Made by a program: the position numbers and the translations under genes. Below are positions 8,662 to 16,937 of a stretch of 24,374 bases of DNA, in pieces (within the stretch, counting starts at the first letter, position 1; each line of letters opens with the position of its first letter). Source of the DNA: Candidatus Micrarchaeota archaeon (lineage in GTDB: Archaea; Micrarchaeota; Micrarchaeia; Anstonellales; Anstonellaceae); assembly GCA_043810635.1 (NCBI GenBank), contig JBDRNY010000088.1, forward strand, positions 1 through 24,374. The letters are read 5' to 3'. The notes beneath the pieces were generated by a model that was not told the DNA's origin, made no database searches, and worked only from the letters and a program-made list of their open reading frames with translations.

Positions 8662-9657
8662 CTCATTTTTCTTTTGAATTTGAACAACTGCATGGAGCCA
8701 GGAGCAGCCGCCCGGAGTAATATTAACTCCTGTGCATTTGCACACCTTGTTTGCTTCCAAATAGATTGTAGGTTCTTTTGGCATGCCCATTAATAATTTG
8801 TGCTCTAATGCGCCGGGGAGGAGGGCATGGTAAATCGGATTTTTTCTTGTGTAAATTTTATTTATGTAAACAACCCTTTGCTTTCGAATTATGTCATAAG
8901 TTTCTGTTAAATCAATAAATGGGCCTTCGTCATGCATTTCATCAGTAATTGTTGCCTCTATTACAATTTCTGCATCAGCAGGCACGGTTATTCCGCTTTC
9001 CAATTTTACAACATTTAGAGGGGAGAGGGAATTTGCTATTTTTAATTCATCTACACCTGGTTTTGGGGTGGATACTGCGGATGCAAGCAAGAAATTAATG
9101 GGCGCGCCGATTACTATTGCAACATCTAATTTGCCGCCTGCGCGTGTGATGAATTCTTCCAAATGCCTGTGCAAAATGCGGGCAACCATTTTGTTTTTTG
9201 AAATTTGCATCATCCTGTGAAATGAGCAATTTTGCCCTAATTCCTTGTCGCGGGCAATTACTACTGCAGAAGAGAAATATGGCCCTCCGTCTTTTTCTGC
9301 GTGAAAGAGAATTGGCAATTTGCCTAAATCAATATCTGAAATTGCATTCTCAAGCACGGGGGCATTTTTTGCATCAACTTCTTTTGGCTTTGTGGGCTTT
9401 TCTATTGCATTTATTAATTTTGGAATTAATTCTTCTTTTTTTATTTGAAAATATTTGCAAATCAAATCTTTTGTTGAAAATATGTTTCCTGCAACTATTG
9501 CGCCTTTATTTTCTTTTATTTTATTTGCCAAAACAGGCTTGCCGTCGAGGGATTTGAGTACTCCCGCCAATTCAAGCTTTTTTGAAATTGGCTTTTTTAA
9601 TTCAATTAATTGGTTTTCTTTTCTTAATTGCTCGATAAATTCGCGGAATGTTTTCAT
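8350..9657 (-). CDS. ubiD: UbiD-family prFMN-dependent decarboxylase (probable trans-anhydromevalonate 5-phosphate decarboxylase)
   Basis: DGGPY, SFHR, EGPF, EH, VVDEDID, VEWAIATR, SSLDPS and DATKP motifs. ATG 9657 forms an ATGA overlap with the ubiX stop and has an AGGTGG SD. MVA-pathway context. Confidence 0.9.
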   Translation of the reverse strand: MKTFREFIEQLRKENQLIELKKPISKKLELAGVLKSLDGKPVLANKIKENKGAIVAGNIFSTKDLICKYFQIKKEELIPKLINAIEKPTKPKEVDAKNAPVLENAISDIDLGKLPILFHAEKDGGPYFSSAVVIARDKELGQNCSFHRMMQISKNKMVARILHRHLEEFITRAGGKLDVAIVIGAPINFLLASAVSTPKPGVDELKIANSLSPLNVVKLESGITVPADAEIVIEATITDEMHDEGPFIDLTETYDIIRKQRVVYINKIYTRKNPIYHALLPGALEHKLLMGMPKEPTIYLEANKVCKCTGVNITPGGCSWLHAVVQIQKKNEDDGKKATEAAFIGHKSLKHCIVVDEDIDIYSPEEVEWAIATRFQANKDLVIKPDQKGSSLDPSADPNTRKTTKVGVDATKPLIAHGKDFAKAGWKKIDVQEYF

Positions 9658-10187
9658 TCTTTCCACCTTTTGAATAATTTATGCCCAATTTTTAATTGGT
9701 CCAATACTTTGCCGCATATAAAATCTATTAAATCATCTATTTTCTTTGGGGAATGGTAAAATGCTGGCGAAGCCGGAAGGACGACGCCACCCGCCAAAGT
9801 GACTGACTCCATATTTTTTATTGCAATGAGGGAATAAGGGGTTTCGCGTATAACTAAAATTAATTTTTTTCTTTCTTTTAGCATTACTTCTGCTGCGCGG
9901 GATATGAGGTTGCTTCCTACTCCGTTTGATATTTCTCCCAAACTTTTCAGGGAGCAGGGGCAAATAATCATGGCATCGGGGGAATTGGAGCCGGATGCGC
10001 AGGGTGCGGTTAAGTCATTTTCATCATAATCTGAAGAAGGGAGGGGGGAATTTTCTGCCTGGGCTACTTTTTTTGCGCCTTCTGAAATTATTGTTTTTAT
10101 TTCGTGGGGGGTGTTTTTGAGATGGGAGAGGAGGCGGGTGCCGTATGCTATGCCTGAGGCGCCGGTAATTGCTAGAAGAATTTTCAT
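9654..10187 (-). CDS. ubiX: Flavin prenyltransferase UbiX
   Basis: AITGASG, ASGS, PCS, RAAEV-LKE, RETP and PAFY motifs. Confidence 0.95.
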   Translation of the reverse strand: MKILLAITGASGIAYGTRLLSHLKNTPHEIKTIISEGAKKVAQAENSPLPSSDYDENDLTAPCASGSNSPDAMIICPCSLKSLGEISNGVGSNLISRAAEVMLKERKKLILVIRETPYSLIAIKNMESVTLAGGVVLPASPAFYHSPKKIDDLIDFICGKVLDQLKIGHKLFKRWKE

Positions 10188-10232
10188 AAATATAATTGGA
10201 AGTTTGGTATTAAATTAATTTGTTTTTGCAAA

Positions 10233-11075
10233 TTAAGGCTTTTCGCCATACGCAACCATTATTGGGAATTTGACAAACACTTTCTCGCCATCCAGCTTGA
10301 CTTGGAATTCATCTGCAAAAACAGGGTTTGTGCTTATTATTTCGCAGACAAACTCATTGAGCTTTCCAATTATCTCTGCATCGTTTGCATTCTTGCCAAA
10401 CTGCCCTTTCCATTGCGAAGTTTCAACATCGCTTGTAAATCCAATATATGCTCCATTGCTGGTAAATCCTGCATCGCACAGAAACGTCTCCCACTCACCT
10501 AGCTGCGGGATGTAAAGGCTGCCCTCCTTTTCTAGGTTTCTGCCTGCAAATTCGTGTTTTGCGGAATGAAACTTGATTACACCAATCTGCCCATCGTTGC
10601 TATAGGCAGTCATGTCCGCGATAACTAATCTTCCGCCGCTTTCAAGCGAATTGTATATTGCCTTCAGCGCAACAGGTATCTGGTCCATTGGAAAATCCTT
10701 TATCCCATAGCGGACTGCGATAATGTTGAATTTGATTCCGTTTTTGTCAAGCTCGCGTATATCGCTCTGAATAACGTCAAATCCTTCATTTTTTAGTATG
10801 GCAAGAGGCTCTGCCCTTATGTCATTGAAAAAAACGCGCAGATTCGGCTTTGAGTCTGGTTGTTCTTTGTATATTTTTAGAAGGTCTTTGCCAAGCTTGC
10901 CTGGACCTGACATGCCGTCAAGAAGGGTTATTTCCTTTTTGTCTAGAAATTTGCCAAACTTGCATGCATCAAATATTGCCTTAAAAAATGGGGTTGAGGA
11001 ATTATAAGAACCAATATTTTTTCTAAAATCCTCTGAAGTCTGGTTGTTGATACGCATATAAGCACCTGTAGACAT
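10233..11075 (-). CDS. Class I SAM-dependent methyltransferase
   Basis: Motif I variant LLDGMSGPG, FNDI, QSDIREL and LESGGRLVIAD. Substrate unknown. Confidence 0.75.
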   Translation of the reverse strand: MSTGAYMRINNQTSEDFRKNIGSYNSSTPFFKAIFDACKFGKFLDKKEITLLDGMSGPGKLGKDLLKIYKEQPDSKPNLRVFFNDIRAEPLAILKNEGFDVIQSDIRELDKNGIKFNIIAVRYGIKDFPMDQIPVALKAIYNSLESGGRLVIADMTAYSNDGQIGVIKFHSAKHEFAGRNLEKEGSLYIPQLGEWETFLCDAGFTSNGAYIGFTSDVETSQWKGQFGKNANDAEIIGKLNEFVCEIISTNPVFADEFQVKLDGEKVFVKFPIMVAYGEKP

Positions 11076-11168
11076 ATAAAATCACTTCCAATAACATATT
11101 GTGCTAAAATAATTTAAAAAACCATCTTAGGGAGGCGGCTTTAAAACCAAAGATGCATAGAAAATTAT

Positions 11169-11924
11169 ATGAAACTTCTCAAATTAGGCGGAAGCGTTAT
11201 TACCAACAAAAAAGGCAGGTGTGAAGCTAATTTGAAAAATATTAATAAATTGGCTGAAATGCTGGGAAGGCTGTGGGAAAAGGGGGAAAGGGATATTGTT
11301 TTGGTGCACGGGGCGGGAAGCTTTGGGCATCCCTTGGTTATTGAATTTGGGCTGAATGAGGGGGTGGAAAATGAGGGGGATGTGGAAAATATGAAAAAGG
11401 TGCAGGAAAAATGTGCAGAATTGTCTGGACTTGTTGTTGATGCATTGAAGGGGGAAGGGGTGGATGCGGAAAGGGTGGCTCCGCATGAAATAATCAAGCA
11501 GAGGGGGAAGAGGATTTACAGCATTGATGAAAGCAAAGTGTTTGATTTGCTTGAAAAAGAGAAAATGCCAATATTGCACGGAGATATGGTGCCTGATGAG
11601 GAAATTGGGTATAGCGTTTGCTCGGGAGATGCGATAGTCGCATATTTTGCAGAGAAGGCGGAAATTGTTGTTATGGGAACGAATGTTGACGGAGTGATGG
11701 CCGGGGGAAAGCTTGTTGAGAGGGTGGATAATTCAAATTTTGTTGAAATTATGGGGCATTTGCATGAGGCGGATACGCCTGATGTCACAGGAGGAATGGC
11801 GGGAAAGATAAGGGAATTGAGAAATGTCGGGGGAGTGATATATATTGTGAATGCAGATTATCCTGAAAGAATTGAGAAGCTGATTTTGGGGGAAAAGGCA
11901 AAATGCACAAGAATTGAATTTTAG
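11169..11924 (+). CDS. ipk: Isopentenyl phosphate kinase (amino acid kinase family)
   Basis: KLGGSVIT, VHGAGSFGH, HGD, SGD and DVTGGMAGK motifs diagnostic of IPK. Confidence 0.92.
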   Translation: MKLLKLGGSVITNKKGRCEANLKNINKLAEMLGRLWEKGERDIVLVHGAGSFGHPLVIEFGLNEGVENEGDVENMKKVQEKCAELSGLVVDALKGEGVDAERVAPHEIIKQRGKRIYSIDESKVFDLLEKEKMPILHGDMVPDEEIGYSVCSGDAIVAYFAEKAEIVVMGTNVDGVMAGGKLVERVDNSNFVEIMGHLHEADTPDVTGGMAGKIRELRNVGGVIYIVNADYPERIEKLILGEKAKCTRIEF

Positions 11925-11976
11925 CAAAAAAGGCAAAAGTAAATGTTTAAATTGTTTTAATTGTCTAACTTTTCTT

Positions 11977-12347
11977 ATGGAAGAGGAAACAATTGAAAAT
12001 TATTGCAAGGCAATAATGGAATTGGATAAAGGGGAAGGGGCAAAATCAGTTGATATTGCGAAGAAATTGGGTATTTCGAAAATATCTGTTTCCATTACTT
12101 TGCAGAAATTGAAGGAAGGGAAATATATCAGCATGAAAAAGTATGGAAAAGTGAAGCTTGCCAAAAAAGGGAAGTGTGTTGCAAAAAAATAGGGAAAAAG
12201 CACGGGGCAATAAAGCATTTTTTGGAAAAATGCCTTTGTGTGGGGAAGGAGAGGGCATGCAGGGAAGCGTGCGCAATTGAGCACCATCTAAGTGATGATA
12301 CTGTAAAAAAGATGGTTAAATTATGCAAATGCAAAAAATGCTTTTGA
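11977..12347 (+). pseudogene. DtxR/MntR family metal-dependent regulator, frameshifted in an A7 tract
   Basis: 11977-12192 encodes EETIENYCKAI...SVDIAKKLGISKISVS (HTH) then TAG. The -1 frame continues IGKKHGAIKHFLE...EACAIEHHLSDDT to TGA 12347. One extra A in 12183-12189 restores a full-length gene. Confidence 0.85.
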
Positions 12348-12419
12348 AATAGATTTGGGGCTTATTTTGGTAAATAGATATAAACGCAGGTAAGCAGGAC
12401 TAATTTTGGAGGGTGAAAA

Positions 12420-12680
12420 ATGGTAACTTACAGGCTGGATGCAAAGAAAAATATGGGTGAAAAAAGCATATTTGCGGGAAAGAATTTGGCGGGGAATAAT
12501 AAAACTAAGATAATTACAATTCCGAGCTTGGAAAGATTGTTTGAATCTGAAGAAGTGGAGGATGCTGAGGAAGCGGGAGAGAAAGTTGAGAAAGCGCAAA
12601 AATATACTAAATGGGCGCTAGATAAATTGGAAAAAAAGCACAGACGCAGGATTATGAAGGCTGAAATGAAAGCAAACTAA
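12420..12680 (+). CDS. Small charged hypothetical protein
   Basis: 86 aa, ATG with GGGTGA SD, purine-rich coding strand like neighbouring genes. Confidence 0.55.
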   Translation: MVTYRLDAKKNMGEKSIFAGKNLAGNNKTKIITIPSLERLFESEEVEDAEEAGEKVEKAQKYTKWALDKLEKKHRRRIMKAEMKAN

Positions 12681-12685
12681 TTTTA

Positions 12686-12768
12686 TGGAGGGGAAGGGAT
12701 TCGAACCCTAACTCCTAAGAGATAGGATCCTGAATCCTACGCATTTGACCAGGCTTTGCTACCCCTCC
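12686..12768 (-). tRNA. tRNA-Leu(CAG)
   Basis: Reverse complement folds as GGAGGGG/CCCCTCC acceptor stem, TAGGA-TTCAGGA-TCCTA anticodon arm, long variable arm and GGTTCGAATCC T-loop. Discriminator A, no encoded CCA. Confidence 0.95.
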
Positions 12769-12821
12769 GAAAAGTGGATATAATAATGTCTATTGAGATT
12801 TAAAAAGAAAATAGAAAGAAA

Positions 12822-14384
12822 TTATCTCAAACTATCTAAGACAACTTTTTCCATTTCAATCGGCTCAAACCCTTGCAATACTTTTATTGCAATTGAAAGT
12901 TTGTGCTCTGAATTTGAATACAAATCCATCAAAGTATCCCCTTTCTTTACCATATCCCCTTTTTCGCAATGCAAATAAATGCCTGCATATTTGTCTGCAG
13001 GCGCGCCGGTGGCGCGGGCAACGCGCGCAAGCAGTTTGTTGTCAACATGGGAAATTCGCCCAGAGCGGGATGCTTTTATTTTGTGCGTATATTTTCCGAG
13101 GGGGATGGAATCTGAAGTGAGCTTGCGCGCATTTCCCCCCTGCCATTCAACTATTTGCTTGAATTTTTTCAAAGCTTTGCCATTGTCTATAATATTTGAT
13201 GCCATTTCAGCCCCACGCCCTTTTTTCGCTTTTCCGCATAATTCAAACAATTTTCCTGTAAGAAGGCAGGATTTTTCCCTTAAATCATGGGGGCCGCTTC
13301 CTTCAAGCACCTGCAATACATCACGGCATTCAAGCGCGGGACCTATGCCTTTTCCAATCGGATCCTCTCCGTTTGTAATTAAAGATTCTATTTTTATTCC
13401 AAGCCGCTTTCCAATGTTAATAAAATCTGATGCAAACTGCCTTGCCTGTGCAACATCTGCAATTTTTACCCCTCTTCCAACAGGCAAATCTATTATGCAA
13501 TATTGCGCGCCTACGCTTTTTTTCTTTGCTAATATTGATGCAAGCAACACTCCGCGAGGGTCTAGGGAGAGTGGATTTCGCACCTTTATCAGCTTGTCAT
13601 CTGCTGCAGCAAGGTTGATGGCGCCGCCCCATACAATGCATCCCCCAATTTTGTTAACCTGCTTTTGCACATCTTCAATAGGCAAATTGACAGAGCAAAG
13701 CAATTCCATTGTATCTGCAGTGCCTGCAGCAGAAGTTATGGCGCGGGAAGAAGATTTTGGTATATAGCAGCCTGCTGCTGCAACAATCGGCACAAGTATC
13801 ATGGTGGTGCGGTTGCCCGCTACTCCGCCAATGCAATGCTTGTCTAAAATCGGCTTTTTCTTTAATTTTAATTTTTCCCCGCTGTTTACTATTGCGTCGG
13901 TAAGCCCTACCACTTCGTCATCGTTCATATTATGGATATAACAAGAGGTCATGAATGCGGATAATTCTCCCTCTGAAAGGCGGTTTGCCATAACATCATC
14001 TATTATTGATGCCATCTGGTTTGTATGCAAAGGGTGGCCTTCTATTTTGGATTTTATATATTCAATTGATTTGGGGCGGCGGGTAAGCATTAATTCAACT
14101 ATTTGCCCGTCTTTTGCCTTTAATTCGGTAGCGGCTTCATGGAATAATCCTATTTCCCCCGGCTTTACCATGTCATTTGTCAAATCAACTATTGCGGTTA
14201 TTTGTTTTTTGTTAAGAAAGAGGCGCACCCGGTATCCAGTAAAAATATTGTTTTGGTGCGCAAATTGGGCATTGAGCACAACTATTGTGCCGCCTGTCAT
14301 TATGTCGATTTTTTTTGCTTTTAATTTCAATTTTTGCAATTTGAATATTTTTTCCTTTACTTTTGCATAATCTGATTTTACCAT
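12822..14384 (-). CDS. AMP phosphorylase (archaeal thymidine-phosphorylase-like)
   Basis: N-terminal extension, DKHCIGGVAGN, PKSSSRAITSAAGTAD, AADD, SILAKK and GIGPALE motifs. ATG 14384 follows a GGTGA SD. Confidence 0.93.
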   Translation of the reverse strand: MVKSDYAKVKEKIFKLQKLKLKAKKIDIMTGGTIVVLNAQFAHQNNIFTGYRVRLFLNKKQITAIVDLTNDMVKPGEIGLFHEAATELKAKDGQIVELMLTRRPKSIEYIKSKIEGHPLHTNQMASIIDDVMANRLSEGELSAFMTSCYIHNMNDDEVVGLTDAIVNSGEKLKLKKKPILDKHCIGGVAGNRTTMILVPIVAAAGCYIPKSSSRAITSAAGTADTMELLCSVNLPIEDVQKQVNKIGGCIVWGGAINLAAADDKLIKVRNPLSLDPRGVLLASILAKKKSVGAQYCIIDLPVGRGVKIADVAQARQFASDFINIGKRLGIKIESLITNGEDPIGKGIGPALECRDVLQVLEGSGPHDLREKSCLLTGKLFELCGKAKKGRGAEMASNIIDNGKALKKFKQIVEWQGGNARKLTSDSIPLGKYTHKIKASRSGRISHVDNKLLARVARATGAPADKYAGIYLHCEKGDMVKKGDTLMDLYSNSEHKLSIAIKVLQGFEPIEMEKVVLDSLR

Positions 14385-14385
14385 T

Positions 14386-15363
14386 TTATTCACCTATTTC
14401 AAGCTTTTTTTCTGCCAATATTGCCAGCTGGGCGGGGGGGATTAAACCTTCTTCAGTAATATAAGCTGATATGAAATTTGCAGGGGTGCGGTCAAAGGCA
14501 GGGTTGAGCACTTTTAATTTTTTTGGAATTGAAATTGAATTTTTGCCGGCTTTTTCTTTTGCATATAAACCGCTTCCCCAAACTTCTGAAACACCCCTTT
14601 CCTCAATTGGCCCGGCTCTTCCAAAGCGGGTGAGGGGGTCGTATTTGTAAATTTCTGCGGCACAGAGGAAGCGGATGGAATGGGTGTGGGCAAGCTGGGC
14701 TAAAGTGAAAGTTCCTATTTTGTTTATTAAATCCCCTTCAGCAGTAATTGCGTCTGCGCCAACTAATACTAAATCCATTTTGCTAATTAATGAGCCGGAA
14801 GCAGAATCTACTGTTAAATTAACTTCTAATCCGTATTCAGACAATTCTCTTGCAGACAATCTTCCCTGGTAAAGGGGGCGGGTTTCCAAACAAGTAACAT
14901 GCGGGTTTTTGCCTTCGTCATATGCTTTTTGCAATATTTTTATAATGGTGGTGGAATGGCAGTGGATGAGAATGTTTGCCCCGTGCGGAATTTCTGCTGA
15001 GCCAAATTTTGCAATTTTATTTATGGATTCGTGCATTTTGTCAATAAAAGAGGAGTGGTGGGAAAGAAGGGCGGATTTCATATCTTTTACATCTTTTGAT
15101 GGGCGGGTGCGTGTCCATGCTAAAATAAAGCGGAGGGAATCTTCCAAAGAATTTCTCATCATCGGCTCGGTGGGGCGGGTGGATTCAAGGGTTTTGGCTG
15201 CTGAAAGAAGCTGTTGATATAATTCATTTTTTGTTTTTGCCTTGCTTTTTTGGGCAGTGGAAACTAAAGCTTCTAAAGCGGCGCGGGCTATCCTTCTTGC
15301 GCCCTGTATGCGTATGGAGCGGATATCCCTTGCAACTTCTGAAAGGGTGCGCAAACTTTTCAT
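14386..15363 (-). CDS. Ribose-1,5-bisphosphate isomerase (eIF2B-like)
   Basis: IQGA, TRPTEP, HCHS (catalytic Cys), ETRP, VGADAI, NKIGT and NPAFD motifs. Co-transcribed with AMP phosphorylase. Confidence 0.92.
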   Translation of the reverse strand: MKSLRTLSEVARDIRSIRIQGARRIARAALEALVSTAQKSKAKTKNELYQQLLSAAKTLESTRPTEPMMRNSLEDSLRFILAWTRTRPSKDVKDMKSALLSHHSSFIDKMHESINKIAKFGSAEIPHGANILIHCHSTTIIKILQKAYDEGKNPHVTCLETRPLYQGRLSARELSEYGLEVNLTVDSASGSLISKMDLVLVGADAITAEGDLINKIGTFTLAQLAHTHSIRFLCAAEIYKYDPLTRFGRAGPIEERGVSEVWGSGLYAKEKAGKNSISIPKKLKVLNPAFDRTPANFISAYITEEGLIPPAQLAILAEKKLEIGE

Positions 15364-15424
15364 ATATTGGGAAACTGAGAGATTGTTTAAAATACTTGAG
15401 TGGAAAAGGGAAGCAGGTGGAAAT

Positions 15425-16504
15425 ATGAAAATCGGGGGAAAAAAAGTAAGAGAGATAGCATTGGCTGATATGTTGCTTGCATACAGTTTGATTGCTCTGG
15501 GGGTGCTGGTTTTGCTTGCAATTTCGGGAATTTATACCCCCATGACTGCAAGCGGCTTGGATTTTGAAGCAAGAACCCCTTTTAGAACAGTCATAAGCCA
15601 AACAGTAAATGCAATGGAATGTTCACGAACCCCAGCGGGAGAGTCAGCTGGATTAATTGAAAATGGAACAATGTACATGTGGTATCGCACATGCAATGCT
15701 TGGGAAGGGACAAATGCGAGCATTATATATGCAGAAAGCAAGGATGGCATAACTTTTACGAATAAGGATTGGACAAACTTAAATAGATCTAATGGGGATT
15801 ATTATTTCCCATATGTTATCAAAGCAAATGATACATACAATATGTTTGTGAGAAATAGTGCAGTAGGAACGGGTATATTCAGGTATGAATCAAGCGATAA
15901 AATTACATGGAGCCAAGTGTGTGATGGAGCAGTAATAACGGATGCAGTATATGCTCTCAATCCTGCTGTCTATTATGATAATGTGTCAAATGTTTGGGAG
16001 ATGCTACTAGAATCTGGAGCACTAGCTCCGGGTGGGGTATACAGCCCAATAGGCTATTATAATTCAACGGATGGATGCAACTATACAGCCTATCCGAAAA
16101 ATCCACTCTCTGTTTTTGGAAACCGCACAGGAAATCCAGACATCAAAAAAGAAAATGGTGTTTACGTGGTTTATGCGTGGAATAGAACTCATAATAACAT
16201 CTTTTGGGCTAATGGAACAGATTTGACGGATTTAACTTTTCAGTCTGTAATAATGGATAATACAGTTGATCCAAACATTGTAATCCCAGATAATTTGGCC
16301 GAATGGGAGCACACATATTATTTATATCATAATGGAGCAGGAGGCATAGTCGTAAATGCGGCTTGGGAAAGCACAAATCTCACATTTGCACAAGCACACA
16401 GAATAAGCGGTGAAGAAGCATCACACAACGCCCCCATAACAATATCAAACGTCAGTATAGATGGAAAAACCTCTCCAGTATATGATGCCCATAGCCAGAG
16501 CTAA
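15425..16504 (+). CDS. Membrane-anchored/secreted beta-propeller glycoside-hydrolase-like glycoprotein, probably C-terminally truncated
   Basis: ATG 15425 with GGTGG SD and an N-terminal TM helix. Repeats YAESKDGITF / YESSDKITW / YNSTDGCNY and PxV motifs; about 12 N-X-S/T sequons. The end runs into an IS630 remnant. Confidence 0.6.
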   Translation: MKIGGKKVREIALADMLLAYSLIALGVLVLLAISGIYTPMTASGLDFEARTPFRTVISQTVNAMECSRTPAGESAGLIENGTMYMWYRTCNAWEGTNASIIYAESKDGITFTNKDWTNLNRSNGDYYFPYVIKANDTYNMFVRNSAVGTGIFRYESSDKITWSQVCDGAVITDAVYALNPAVYYDNVSNVWEMLLESGALAPGGVYSPIGYYNSTDGCNYTAYPKNPLSVFGNRTGNPDIKKENGVYVVYAWNRTHNNIFWANGTDLTDLTFQSVIMDNTVDPNIVIPDNLAEWEHTYYLYHNGAGGIVVNAAWESTNLTFAQAHRISGEEASHNAPITISNVSIDGKTSPVYDAHSQS

Positions 16505-16810
16505 CTTATGGGCACTGCCAAAACTGTTGTTATTCATCAGCTTTTTACGTTTGAAATTCCACCACTGCTCCTGAGGGTTCATCTCAGGGGGGTATGGCAG
16601 CAAAAACTTCAGCTCCGACCTTGGATGAGTTTGCAAAAATCACTTCGCTTTTTTTGATTTATGCACCACAAGATTGTCAAGGTATAACCGGATTTTCTTT
16701 TTTGCATACTTCTTCTCTATCTTCCTTAGAAATCTTACAAACACCTCTGATTTTGCATTCTTGCTTGACATTTCAATTATTTCTCCCTTTAGGATTATAC
16801 TGCTCCAAAG
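16490..16810 (-). mobile_element. Degenerate IS630-family transposase remnant (boundaries approximate)
   Basis: FVRFL...IRLYLDNLVVHKSK, in-frame TGA at 16640-16642, then FLLPYPPEMNPQEQWW (variant of LPxYSPELNPIE). N-terminal HTH and first Asp are absent. Confidence 0.8.
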
Positions 16811-16937
16811 CCAGGGGATAAGAATATTGTTGGAATGTGCCATTATTGAAAACAATGTCTGAAAAATCTGAAATTTCGGCAATGCAAGAAATTAAAAATG
16901 TGCCCATCCTTTAGAGAATAAAAAAGAGGGGGATAAA

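Noticed and set aside
11945..11972. Possible DtxR-type operator upstream of the regulator
   Set aside because: Only a weak, AT-rich partial palindrome (TTAATTGTCTAA), not distinguishable from chance.
12979..13767. 262-aa plus-strand ORF and similar antisense ORFs throughout the window
   Set aside because: Shadow frames of well-supported genes on the opposite strand.
15242..15424. Extended 5' end of the propeller protein ORF
   Set aside because: It overlaps the R15P isomerase gene antisense; ATG 15425 has an SD.
16640..16642. TGA recoding (selenocysteine or alternative genetic code) in the IS630 ORF
   Set aside because: The remnant is otherwise degenerate and truncated, and TGA serves as a normal stop in arsR, ubiX and hydE.
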